From the NCBI GenBank assembly GCA_010672825.2, contig JAAHFU020000006.1:163549-187548 (forward strand): 24,000 nucleotides of DNA, given 5' to 3'. Position numbers and translations under genes: made by a program. Source of the DNA: Leptolyngbya sp. SIO1E4. GTDB lineage: Bacteria > Cyanobacteriota > Cyanobacteriia > Phormidesmidales > Phormidesmidaceae. Under the pieces are notes generated by a model. That model was not told the origin of the DNA and ran no database searches. It saw only the letters and a list, made by a program, of their open reading frames with translations. Within the stretch, counting starts at the first letter, position 1; every line of letters starts with the position of its first letter. Of the stretch, positions 1 through 8,952 are shown piece by piece.

Positions 1-1378
1 CAGCAATATGAGGCGACTCATCCAACGGCGTTTCATTAGCGTCCGGTTGCCCTGAATAGCGGATGTCCCTAGCCGCAATCGCGGCGTCCTGTTCGGCAGG
101 ATGGGTGAAAGAAATACCAGCATCCTCACCGTAGGCTTCGGCTAGGGCTTCGAGTTCATCATCTCTGGCGGCAATCGCGTTCGCTCTCTCGACGCCCTGC
201 TCACTCGCCACACTGTCAGCTTCGCTATAGGCGTTCATCAGTCGGGCTCGCTCACGGCCAATCGTCGTCGGGCCGTCAGGGTCAGGCCGATACGCCGAAA
301 CCTCGGGCTCAATAGTGCTATCGACCTCCCCATCAGCGGGTTTTGACTCTTCTGGCTGCCATAGGGCTTCTAGACGGTCTCGAACATCCGCCACATTAGA
401 CAAGTCCACGGAGGGAGGCAGTCCAGCCTTTTCAATCACGTCCTCGACAGAATCGGACCAGGCAAACTCAGGAATCGTTTCCCCGATGAGTTCCCGTGCT
501 TGGTCAAGATGGGTCACGGCCTCCAGACGTTGGTTACGCCCCTGCTGGATATAGCTCACCACAGCTTCGAGCCGATCCTCACTATCCATGACGACCTGGA
601 AGCGATCGCTGACGGTATAAAACTCACCACCGACCGCTTCAATCAGGTTCTGGTCGAGATAGACATCCTTTTGCTTCTTGCCTGTCTCTAGAAAATACTC
701 GCCCGAATTTTCAGCGGCCTTGATCGTGATTTGCTCGTCACTGGTTTTGATAATGCCTTCGCGGTGAGTGATTTCAAAGAACTGCCGCACATTACAAGCT
801 TCAGGTAACTCAACCGGCGACTCCGACAGCTCCTGCTGGATGTTGTAGCCGCGTGGCAACAGCATCATCGGTTCGATGCTCCCCCCCGCGACCGTGGCAT
901 TGATGACATGCCCTTGCTTGCCGTATTTCTCAGCCGCCCGGAATAGATTCCCCCGCAGCACCTGGCGCACTTCCCGCTGGCCGGTCTGCTGCTCATCAAA
1001 CTGGCTCATGATGTCTTTCCCCATCAGGGTCTGGGTGACCGGCGTGACTTCAACCGCCCCCATCCGATCGGTATTCAGCTTGGATAGGGGGATCGGAATT
1101 TCTCGGTTTGAGGCATCGGCCAGGGAGACTCGAACTTCCCACTTGGAGGCCACCACCGGATTGGCATCCCCGAATTCCCCTTTACCCTGGGAGCCTTGCC
1201 CGTCCTCCAGCAGGGAATCCAAAGAACGCCCGCGCTTACCCACCTGAGTAATCGCCCCATAGAAGATGCGTCCGTTGTCGGTGCACTCCCATAGATATTG
1301 AAGAAATCGGGAATGGCAGCTGCGCTGGCCCAGCCGGTTAAACCGTTCGTAATCCTCTGCGCCAAAGCCTTTGTCTTG
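1..1378 (-). CDS. Hypothetical protein; N-terminal ~459 codons of a long ORF that runs off the left edge; start codon unresolved
   Basis: Hand translation of the minus strand (codon first bases 1378, 1375, ...) is stop-free down to base 2. Sampled peptides: ...WECTDNGRIFYGAITQVGKRGRSLDSLLEDGQ...NATVAGGSIEPMMLLPRGYNIQQEL...IGRERARLMNAYSEADS... It is probably missing from the ORF track because it has no in-window stop. An in-frame TGA at 1379-1381 bounds it. The first in-frame GTG is at 1243 and the first ATG at 1063. No family recognised. Confidence 0.55.
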
Positions 1379-1400
1379 TCAAAGGGATATTCTTATGAGC

Positions 1401-2237
1401 TTAGACGTCTAGCTGTGCTTCGATGACATTGGGACTCAAGTCAATTCGGGTTCCATCAACCTCAATCCAAAGTCTCAAATCCACATGAACAGGGTAATCA
1501 CCACCACTACTGCCCATAACCCCAATAGATTCGCCTTGATGCAATACTTGGCCTGGCTCAACAGAATAACTTTCAGCGTGAGCGAAAGCACCAAATACAG
1601 GGTATTTTCTCCCATCAAGTTCAAAAGCAATATTGAACTTGATGTAGCATCGGTTGCCATAGCCTCTCTCTACAGCTACGTCTATTACCTCACCAGGGTA
1701 GGGAGTTCGAATTTGATGGTCGGATACAACGTAGTCTACTCCTAGGTTTCGGTTGCTAGGCGGAAGTTGGAGAACCTCAGTCGGTCGATCAGAAAACACT
1801 GCATAGGTAGTGGGTTTTGCAGAGTGGCCTTGATCTTCCATAAACCCACCAGTAATTGTGATTTCCCCAAGAACGGGAGAAACCACAGTTGGATAGTTGG
1901 GAAACCACAGTTGGGATTCAGGTAGCTTGAACCCATCAGGGAACAGAGGAATCAACTCATCTGTTGTTTTTTCTTGCTGCTCGCTGGCATAACCTTCCTC
2001 AGTCCGCAATAGATCTTTCCCATTGGTAATTAGTTCGCTGGGTAAAGTTGGCCCAACGGCTTGAGAATGAGGCACAGTATGCGTGAGTCGGTGGAGCCGA
2101 AGGGCATATGCCAGAGCAGCCCCAGAGGAAACTAGGCTAATCACGCTAGCAGCAGGACTCAGCAAAAGTAGTATGCCAAGCAAAGAGACTGGTCTTCTTG
2201 AGCGACGAATTCTCTTCCTATTATTAATCTCTTTCAT
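1401..2237 (-). CDS. LytM/peptidase-M23-like protein with an N-terminal membrane anchor; metal-ligand motifs substituted
   Basis: 278-aa ORF. The N-terminus is basic then hydrophobic (RRSRRPVSLLGILLLLSPAASVISLV). The C-terminal region aligns by eye to the M23 core (GYGNRCYIKF, FAHAES, GESIGVMGSSGG, PVHVDLRLW). The HxxxD position reads NLGVD and the HxH position reads HVD. Confidence 0.7.
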   Translation of the reverse strand: MKEINNRKRIRRSRRPVSLLGILLLLSPAASVISLVSSGAALAYALRLHRLTHTVPHSQAVGPTLPSELITNGKDLLRTEEGYASEQQEKTTDELIPLFPDGFKLPESQLWFPNYPTVVSPVLGEITITGGFMEDQGHSAKPTTYAVFSDRPTEVLQLPPSNRNLGVDYVVSDHQIRTPYPGEVIDVAVERGYGNRCYIKFNIAFELDGRKYPVFGAFAHAESYSVEPGQVLHQGESIGVMGSSGGDYPVHVDLRLWIEVDGTRIDLSPNVIEAQLDV

Positions 2238-2447
2238 TTTTGGCTTTCCTCAATGGAGTAATAGCCAAACCGGTTTGGACAGAAGTGTCGTAGGCGCTGC
2301 GCCCTTAACACCCCCATTAATTCCACAGGTGTCCCTGGCAATATGCCGACCCTCGACAAAGTGCGGCGACAAAATTGCCAGGATTTTCAAAAACTTTCTG
2401 CATTCTTTGCGGAATGGTCGTTTTGGCTTGGTAGCCTGATGCAGGTC

Positions 2448-2485
2448 TTCATTTTGTCGACAGACGACATTTTCATTTTGTCGAC
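2448..2485 (+). promoter_or_regulatory. Two copies of TTCATTTTGTCGAC (2448-2461 and 2472-2485) just upstream of the operon start; candidate operator
   Basis: Exact 14-bp direct repeat, 24 bp start to start. Each copy contains the GTCGAC palindrome. It lies 28-65 bp upstream of the GTG at 2513, in the divergent intergenic region between the M23 gene and the operon. Confidence 0.4.
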
Positions 2486-2512
2486 GGCGATCGCAGGGAT
2501 AGGGGATAGTCA

Positions 2513-3802
2513 GTGCCGCAAGAGAAATATAGGTTTACACCTAGTAAGGCGAAATACCTGAAAGCAATGCTGACCGAGCTTGGGAAGGTTGAGCCTGGTC
2601 TCAAAATCTGTAAGGTAAATGGAACAATTCGCTATGTCGGTCTAGCGGAGTGTATCCAGAGACTTTATGCAGAACTGTCCATCCCTGGTAAACCCATAGG
2701 TAGAGACAGCCTGTCTAAATTGATTGAATGTGATGTGCCCTTTAGAGGCCGAGAGCTTCAGTATTTAATTGATTTTCTAAAAGTCACCAATTTGTTGATC
2801 CAAAAAACTGCTCAAAAAGACCCAAGCTATATTGGCACTCAACTCCGAAGAAAAGGAGTAGTGCAGTTTGTCTTTCCTGAAGAACCTGAAGCTGCTGACT
2901 TTCAAGCATGGTTTGAGGTTGGTTCGGCGGGCTACAAAAAAGGTCGTTCTGAGACATCTAGATCTGTAATCCCAGCCGAAAGGCAAATTGTTCGCCAGAT
3001 AGCTGATGGCTTGTTGGCCATTAACTATTTCGACCAGGAAGCTGGTTGTCGGCAAGCGATCAAGCGTTTGGTGCCTGCCGGTGCATTGCTATGCGGTGCT
3101 CAAGACGATCGCGTTCAGCGCTGGATTGTGAAACGCATTGTGACCTGTTTTGAAACCAGCTATGCCAGCTTAAAGAATGCTAAACGGATAGAATTTTTTG
3201 CCCCTAGTCATCAGATGAATGCTGATTTTCGCTTGTTCTGGGATGACTTAGCCAAACAAATAGGGCTGCAAGAAGCAGATGAGAATCGTGTCATTGAGTC
3301 GATTTATGAACTGCTGAAAACGACTTCACTAGTGATTGCAGTCTATGGCATTGATCGACTTGCAGCCGACAAGCAACGGGACTTTATCGAGGCTTTCTGG
3401 AGCCAAGTGTGTCAAAGATTAGTGCAGGCCAGAGAGCTACGATCGCGCCCTCGGCGTCCAGGCAAGTCGCGTCTTATTTTGCTGATGACAGAGCAAGGAA
3501 AAGAAGGACAACCCCGCCCTTACCGGAGTACCTCGTCGCGGAATACCGAGCACCCTAATATTCCGGTTTTAATTGAGCCGTTAACAGACATTTCTTTGGA
3601 TGATGTGTACAGTTGGCTGGATAATCCGCATATCATTTCGCTAATGACGAAAATTGGGCAAGACCCAGAGGTTGTTTCTGACTTGTTGGAGCAGCGTCAG
3701 GTGCATTCTGAGCCAGCCGTAATGCTGGATGCCCTGTGCTGTGTTTTGAACCTGGAGCGAGGGTTGAATGAAGTGGAGGAGTACTGGAGGCTGGCAGGAT
3801 GA
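2513..3802 (+). CDS. Hypothetical protein with a degenerate (probably inactive) STAND/P-loop-like core; first gene of the MoxR-vWA operon
   Basis: 429-aa ORF with a GTG start preceded by AGGGGA. Its stop overlaps the next start (ATGA at 3799-3802). AGALLCGAQDDRVQRW sits where a Walker A would be but lacks GK[ST]. SLVIAVYGIDRL resembles the NACHT hhhhDGhDE Walker B with the first Asp lost. SRLILLMTEQ follows. Family assignment is by eye only. Confidence 0.65.
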   Translation: MPQEKYRFTPSKAKYLKAMLTELGKVEPGLKICKVNGTIRYVGLAECIQRLYAELSIPGKPIGRDSLSKLIECDVPFRGRELQYLIDFLKVTNLLIQKTAQKDPSYIGTQLRRKGVVQFVFPEEPEAADFQAWFEVGSAGYKKGRSETSRSVIPAERQIVRQIADGLLAINYFDQEAGCRQAIKRLVPAGALLCGAQDDRVQRWIVKRIVTCFETSYASLKNAKRIEFFAPSHQMNADFRLFWDDLAKQIGLQEADENRVIESIYELLKTTSLVIAVYGIDRLAADKQRDFIEAFWSQVCQRLVQARELRSRPRRPGKSRLILLMTEQGKEGQPRPYRSTSSRNTEHPNIPVLIEPLTDISLDDVYSWLDNPHIISLMTKIGQDPEVVSDLLEQRQVHSEPAVMLDALCCVLNLERGLNEVEEYWRLAG

Positions 3803-4869
3803 GTGAGGCTATGCGCTATGAGGGAACGCTGCAGCCGCCTGTTGAGGGTGCCCGGGATACAGAGCTACGTCGGTATTATCCCTATCTACCGGAACCGGGG
3901 TTGGTCGAAGCGGTGAATTTAGCGATTGACCTGCATCGCCCCTTGTTGTTGGAGGGGGAACCAGGCTGTGGCAAGACCCGTTTAGCAGGGGCTGTAGCCT
4001 ACGAGCTGACGCAGAAAGTTCGCCAGGGTACGAAGAAGGGGAATCAAGACTTTTGGTGGCCGTATTTCAGTTGGAATGTGAAATCGACCTCGCGGGTGCG
4101 GGATGGACTATATCGCTATGATGCCGTTAACCGTCTGCGGGATACGCAGATTGTGGGAGCTGATCCAGAGCGGCTGCAGGGCTTCTTAGATGAATCAGAA
4201 GCGGACAAGTTTCAAAAGCTGAGGCAAGAATTGAAGCAAGTTCTGCAGCGGTTGATGGATTGGGAGAAGGCTTATTTTAAGTGGGGGCCGTTGGGCGAAG
4301 CATTGCAATGGCAGAAGAATTATCGACCTATTTTGTTGATCGATGAGATTGACAAAGCCGACAGTGATTTTCCAAATGATCTGTTGCTAGAACTCGAAGA
4401 GTTTCGGTTTGATATTCCTGAGTTGGGTCAGTCGATCACACCGCCCCCAGAGGAACAGGAACCCATCATTTTTATCACCAGTAATCGGGAAAAGCCGCTG
4501 CCCGATCCCTTCCTGCGGCGCTGCGTTTATTACTATGTAGAGTTTCCGCAAAAAGGACACCTGACTGAGATTATTCAGCAGCGTTTTGAGTCTGTAAGCA
4601 AAAACGAAGCCAAGCTGATCAAGCTGGCAGTCGAACAATTTTATGCGATTCGCGAAATCCTAGAACCGCAGCCGGGGAGTCGGCCTCCAGGCACCAGTGA
4701 GTTTTTGGAATTCTTGACGGTGATTCTGCGTCGGGCTAAACGAACCTCGGTTGATGATACGGTCAAGGTTGTGGAGAAACTAGCAGAACATGACTCCCTG
4801 CTCGGCATATTGTTGAAGACGAAGGCCGATCAAGACCTTTACCACGACTACGTGAACCAAGATGATTGA
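3799..4869 (+). CDS. MoxR-type AAA+ ATPase
   Basis: 356-aa ORF. Walker A is LLLEGEPGCGKT (GEPGCGKT at 3955-3978). Walker B is PILLIDEIDKAD, followed by FPNDLLLELEE. The sensor-1 region is IIFITSNRE and the Arg-finger-like motif is LPDPFLRRC. It is translationally coupled on both sides. Confidence 0.85.
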   Translation: MSEAMRYEGTLQPPVEGARDTELRRYYPYLPEPGLVEAVNLAIDLHRPLLLEGEPGCGKTRLAGAVAYELTQKVRQGTKKGNQDFWWPYFSWNVKSTSRVRDGLYRYDAVNRLRDTQIVGADPERLQGFLDESEADKFQKLRQELKQVLQRLMDWEKAYFKWGPLGEALQWQKNYRPILLIDEIDKADSDFPNDLLLELEEFRFDIPELGQSITPPPEEQEPIIFITSNREKPLPDPFLRRCVYYYVEFPQKGHLTEIIQQRFESVSKNEAKLIKLAVEQFYAIREILEPQPGSRPPGTSEFLEFLTVILRRAKRTSVDDTVKVVEKLAEHDSLLGILLKTKADQDLYHDYVNQDD

Positions 4870-6040
4870 CACGCTGCAGCCATATCCTGATGGGCTTTTG
4901 CAGGCAATGTTTGAAGCTCTGCGAGAGGCTGGCTTGGAGCTAACGCTGGATCAGTACAGTTTGCTGCGTCGGGCTGTGCTGCTGGGGTATGGCGGCGGGT
5001 GGGATGATCTGAAGCGGTTGTGTCGTTTGCTATGGGTAAAGCCGAGCAGTCACTATGACGGTGACGTGTTCGATCGCGCTTTTGATGCCTTTGTTGAGCA
5101 ACATCAGCTCGTTCCAGTCAGGGATGACCTATCGCCACAATCAGAACTAATCGAGCCTCCTTTAGTATCTGAGCCGCCATCAGAATCGGCACTAGACCCG
5201 ACGATGAGTGAGCGATCGCTGCCCCAGGTGCCGCCGCGCAAGACGACATCGCAGCAATCTGATGACGCGGGTAAAGTGCCGACTGCCTTTAAGAGCAGCG
5301 ATAGCGTCCCACACATACCTTCTCAATACGCCTTTAAACTAAGACCAACGAGTCTGCCACTGCAAGCAACAACCGTTCCTGCCCAGTGGCAAGCCTTGCG
5401 GCAACCATTGCCAGTGAGTCGCGATGATGAGCTGGATTTATCAGCAACGGTCGATCAGATATTGCAGGAAGGAATCTTTAGTGATGTGGTGCTGCGGCCT
5501 GTGTTGGCGCGTCGGGCGGAACTACTATTGCTAGTGGATGATGCTAGCCCGATGATGCCGTTTCGCCCCGCCTTGCAGCCGCTGATTGATGCGATCACTG
5601 AGGATCGGATTACCCCCGCTCAGATATATCGCTTCACGCGATTTCCCGATGATTATCTTTATGATTGGCAGCGCAGCACGCGGGCGATTCCGATGACGAC
5701 TGTGCTGGAACGGGCGCATCAGAACCGAACGATTGCTCTGATTTGGAGTGACAGCGGTGCGGCTACTGACAGCATTGATGCCATCTATGAAACCAACATG
5801 TATCGCTTTCTGCGGCAGTTGGCGCTGAATGTGCGGGTGCTGTTTTGGCTAAATCCACTGCCTGCTAGCCGCTGGATGGACACCTCGGCTCAGCAGCTAG
5901 CTCGGATGTTAGATGGCCGGATGATGCCTCTGGGACAGGATATGTGGCGTGAGCTGACGCGGCAGATGTTGAATCCGCAGGGCGTTTATTTGCAGCCTTA
6001 CCTCTGTACTGAAAGTGCAGCATTTGAGGAGGTTCTGTGA
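4862..6040 (+). CDS. von Willebrand factor A (vWA)-like protein, partner of the MoxR ATPase
   Basis: 392-aa ORF whose start overlaps the previous stop (ATGATTGA at 4862-4869). It has an N-terminal helical region, a Pro/Ser-rich linker, then a vWA-like core. LLLLVDDASPMM sits at the MIDAS DxSxS position (partly degenerate) and IALIWSDSGAA comes later. Adjacency to a MoxR ATPase supports the call. Confidence 0.6.
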   Translation: MIDTLQPYPDGLLQAMFEALREAGLELTLDQYSLLRRAVLLGYGGGWDDLKRLCRLLWVKPSSHYDGDVFDRAFDAFVEQHQLVPVRDDLSPQSELIEPPLVSEPPSESALDPTMSERSLPQVPPRKTTSQQSDDAGKVPTAFKSSDSVPHIPSQYAFKLRPTSLPLQATTVPAQWQALRQPLPVSRDDELDLSATVDQILQEGIFSDVVLRPVLARRAELLLLVDDASPMMPFRPALQPLIDAITEDRITPAQIYRFTRFPDDYLYDWQRSTRAIPMTTVLERAHQNRTIALIWSDSGAATDSIDAIYETNMYRFLRQLALNVRVLFWLNPLPASRWMDTSAQQLARMLDGRMMPLGQDMWRELTRQMLNPQGVYLQPYLCTESAAFEEVL

Positions 6041-7611
6041 TGATAGCCCCCGTTCAAGACGCTCAGGATTTCTTACAAGTTGATACGTTTCGGAAGCGGT
6101 ATGGTGAAGCGGCTATGCGGTTGGCCTATCACGGAGCCTTTCCGCTGACGCTAACGACCAATCTGCTCTATTGCATCCGCGAAAACTTTGTCCCGGAAGT
6201 GCCCTGGTATGCGGTGGGGGATGTACTGTTATCGGGGTTATGCCGTCAGGTGGGGCACGACCTTTATGAGATGACTGCCGCAACGCGCAGGGGGTTATTA
6301 GAGGGGCTGAAGGATGACTTGGGCGATCAAGCCCAAGCTCGGGTGGAGCGCTTAGAGCAATTTATGTTGGCCTACGTGCAGCAGCGATTGGTCACAGAGA
6401 AGCACTACATCCAACGCATGATTGGGGACAAGCAAGTGTTTCGCTGGACGGCGCTGGCTCCGTTTCGCCCGGAGCAGGAGCTGGTGGAGGTAATTCGCCG
6501 CGATTTGGCCAACCTAGCTGCCAGAGATGATTCTGAGGAACGCTTTTGGTTAGCGCGGTTGGTGAAAAGTCAGGCAGATTGGTTGACGGATTCGGGGTAT
6601 CGAGTACTGTTGCTGGACTGGACGGAGCAAATTGCGGCGACGGGTACAATTGAGCCGAGTGTTGAAGCCGCTGCCAAAACGCTTGCTATTGGCTTGCCTG
6701 TGAAGCCGTTGGACTTTGAGGTGGTGATGCTGCGCCCTGCGGGGGCAACCGATGAGCTACAGCCCTTTGACTTTCAGGTGGTGACGGTCAATGCAAGGGG
6801 TGAGGAACTGACCCGCCAGACCCAGCAAGCGTTTAAGTTTCTGGAACCGTTGGGCGAAACAACACTGCCCCTGGAGATGGTGGCGATTCCTGGCGGTCAG
6901 TTTTTGATGGGTGCCCCCAAGGGTGAAAAAGATGCAATGAAGGCTGAACGCCCACAGCATCAGGTTACGATTACGCCTTTCTTTATGGGGCGAACGCCTG
7001 TGATACATGCTCAATGGCGATTTGTGGCAGGGTTGCCGCAAGTCAGTCAAAAGCTAAACACTGAGCTTGCCCGCTTTAAGAGCAATAACTTACCCATCGA
7101 GCAAGTGTCTTGGGATGATGCGATGGAGTTTTGTGCGCGGTTATCTAACTACACGCAGCGAGACTATCGACTGCCGACCGAGGCGGAGTGGGAATATGCT
7201 TGCCGCGCTGACACGACAACTCCGTTTCACTTTGGCGCGACGATCACGTCGAACTTAGCGAACTATTACGGCTCTGAGGTCTATCAGCAGGAGCCCAAGG
7301 GGGAATATCGTAATAAGACGACTCCCATTGATCATTTTGGGATAGCTAATGCCTTTGGCCTGAGTGACATGCATGGCAATGTATGGGAGTGGTGTTTGGA
7401 TCATTGGCATAGCAACTATAAAGGCGCACCAACAGATGGTAGCGCTTGGGGGACGGACGATAAGGATGCTTATCGCGTCCTACGCGGCGGCTCCTGGGAT
7501 AACTTTCCGAGGTCTTGCCGGTCTGCCTTTCGCTACGTCAATACACGCGTCCACCGCAACGACTTCATCGGTTTTCGTGTTGTGTGCGTTGCCCCGAGGA
7601 CTCTTCCATAA
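6037..7611 (+). CDS. Two-domain protein: unknown N-terminal domain plus C-terminal FGE-sulfatase (SUMF1/C-type-lectin fold) domain; DGR target 1
   Basis: 524-aa ORF with its start overlapping the previous stop (GTGA at 6037-6040; ATG at 6040). Classic FGE-sulfatase motifs are present: FDFQVVTVNARGEE, MVAIPGGQFLMG, YRLPTEAEWEYACRA, GLSDMHGNVWEWCLDHW, RVLRGGSW, GFRVVC. The hypervariable tract lies at the extreme 3' end. Confidence 0.85.
   Translation: MMIAPVQDAQDFLQVDTFRKRYGEAAMRLAYHGAFPLTLTTNLLYCIRENFVPEVPWYAVGDVLLSGLCRQVGHDLYEMTAATRRGLLEGLKDDLGDQAQARVERLEQFMLAYVQQRLVTEKHYIQRMIGDKQVFRWTALAPFRPEQELVEVIRRDLANLAARDDSEERFWLARLVKSQADWLTDSGYRVLLLDWTEQIAATGTIEPSVEAAAKTLAIGLPVKPLDFEVVMLRPAGATDELQPFDFQVVTVNARGEELTRQTQQAFKFLEPLGETTLPLEMVAIPGGQFLMGAPKGEKDAMKAERPQHQVTITPFFMGRTPVIHAQWRFVAGLPQVSQKLNTELARFKSNNLPIEQVSWDDAMEFCARLSNYTQRDYRLPTEAEWEYACRADTTTPFHFGATITSNLANYYGSEVYQQEPKGEYRNKTTPIDHFGIANAFGLSDMHGNVWEWCLDHWHSNYKGAPTDGSAWGTDDKDAYRVLRGGSWDNFPRSCRSAFRYVNTRVHRNDFIGFRVVCVAPRTLP
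7477..7611 (+). repeat. DGR variable region 1 (variable core 7501-7569; may start as early as 7411)
   Basis: Aligned to 9607-9741 (offset 130). There are 24 identical nt (7477-7500), then 21 mismatches in 70 nt, 20 of them at codon positions 1-2. Then come 29 identical nt, GGTTTTCGTGTTGTGTGCGTTGCCCCGAG. Confidence 0.75.
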
Positions 7612-7644
7612 CCCTTTAGCGCTTTTTACTCTCTTACTTTCTTT

Positions 7645-7657
7645 GGCGCGAAGCGCC
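7645..7657 (+). promoter_or_regulatory. Conserved GC stem-loop GGCGC-GAA-GCGCC followed by a T-run, downstream of VR1; DGR target-recognition hairpin and/or terminator
   Basis: 5-bp GC stem with a 3-nt loop, followed by TCGAATTTTTTTG. A paralogous copy downstream of VR2 keeps the stem and changes the loop. Confidence 0.45.
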
Positions 7658-7704
7658 TCGAATTTTTTTGGAAAATGGTGATTATTGTTGATTGAGCCTT
7701 TCCC

Positions 7705-8043
7705 ATGAACGATCTACCCATCATCCAGAAGACCTATGACTTGATTAAGTGGTATATACCCATTCTCAATAAGCTACCTAAAGAGCATAAGTTTACCTTG
7801 GGTGATCGCATCACCAACAGACTGTACGATTTACTCGAAGGATTGATTCAGGCCCGTTATACCCGCCAGAAACTGCCGCAACTCTATGAACTCAATCTCC
7901 AGCTTGAGCTTTTGCGTCACCAAACTCGGTTGCTGTTGGATTTTGACCTGATGTCCGCCAAACGCTATGCCTACGTTGGTCAGCAAATCAATGGGATTGG
8001 CATCGAACTCGGTGGATGGATTAAGCAGCAGAGAGAAGCATGA
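7705..8043 (+). CDS. avd: Avd-like four-helix-bundle protein (DGR accessory variability determinant)
   Basis: 112-aa ORF. It shows the motif style typical of this family: [45 protein letters not shown]. Its stop overlaps the RT start (ATGA at 8040-8043). Confidence 0.8.
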   Translation: MNDLPIIQKTYDLIKWYIPILNKLPKEHKFTLGDRITNRLYDLLEGLIQARYTRQKLPQLYELNLQLELLRHQTRLLLDFDLMSAKRYAYVGQQINGIGIELGGWIKQQREA

Positions 8044-8927
8044 AACGTTACGGCAACTTCTGGCCCGACATTATTGATTTTGAAAACTTGCTGCAGGCGG
8101 CGCGGCAAGCCCAGCGCGGCAAGCGGTATCGCCCGAATGTACTGGCCTTTAACTACAACCTGGATAAGGAACTCCTGCAATTGCAGCGAGAGCTGCAGGA
8201 AAAAACGTATCGACCAGGCAAGTATCGTACTTTCAAAATTGAAGATCCTAAGCCGCGTTTAATTTCAGCCGCACCTTACCGGGACAGAGTCGTCCATCAC
8301 GCCCTGTGCAACATTATTGTGTCGCCCCTCGAACGGACATTCATAACCGATACCTATGCCAATCGTGTTGGGTATGGCACTCACCGCGCTCTGCGTCGAT
8401 TTGTTCACTTCGCTCGCACCAGTCGCTATGTGTTGCAATGTGATGTCCGCAAATACTTTCCTAGCTTGGATCATGTGATTCTCAAAACCATGATTCGACG
8501 CAAAATCAAGTGCCCAGATACCCTTTGGCTAATTGACACGATTATTGATGGCAGCAATCCTCAAGGCGAAACCATTGAGTACTTTCCTGGGGATGATCTG
8601 TTAGCACCCGTGCAACGACGTCGGGGACTTCCGATTGGCAACCTCACCAGCCAGTTCTTTGCCAACCTATATTTGAATGGGTTTGACCATTTTGTTAAAG
8701 AACAGCTCAAATCTCGTAAGTACCTAAGGTATGTTGATGATTTTGCGTGCTTTGCGGACGATCGCTCTTTTCTGGTGGATGCGCGATCGCACATCGAAGC
8801 CTATCTCAAGACCTTGCGACTGCGGCTGCATCCCGTGAAAAGCCAGTTGTTTGAAACTAGGTTTGGCGCTAATTTCGTCGGCTTTCGCGTGCTGCCCGAT
8901 CTCATTCGTGTCCGCAGAGTTTTCTAG
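8040..8927 (+). CDS. DGR-type reverse transcriptase, apparently lacking the C-terminal thumb region
   Basis: 295-aa ORF. RT motifs: [50 protein letters not shown] (8634-8678, DGR hallmark), YVDD (8730-8741), LHPVKSQ and FVGFRV. The ORF stops 8 codons after FVGFRV, where DGR RTs normally continue for tens of residues. Confidence 0.9.
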   Translation: MKRYGNFWPDIIDFENLLQAARQAQRGKRYRPNVLAFNYNLDKELLQLQRELQEKTYRPGKYRTFKIEDPKPRLISAAPYRDRVVHHALCNIIVSPLERTFITDTYANRVGYGTHRALRRFVHFARTSRYVLQCDVRKYFPSLDHVILKTMIRRKIKCPDTLWLIDTIIDGSNPQGETIEYFPGDDLLAPVQRRRGLPIGNLTSQFFANLYLNGFDHFVKEQLKSRKYLRYVDDFACFADDRSFLVDARSHIEAYLKTLRLRLHPVKSQLFETRFGANFVGFRVLPDLIRVRRVF

Positions 8928-8952
8928 CCCCATCCCCTACTATCCCTTTCCC

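Noticed and set aside
8851-8952. TTG start at 8851 giving target 2 a signal-peptide-like N-terminus ([22 protein letters not shown])
   Set aside because: Not adopted as the primary call. These 34 codons overlap the RT coding frame. The hydrophobic run could be a by-product of that overlap, and AFAC is a poor lipobox. It stays open as an alternative start and needs N-terminal proteomics or ribosome profiling.
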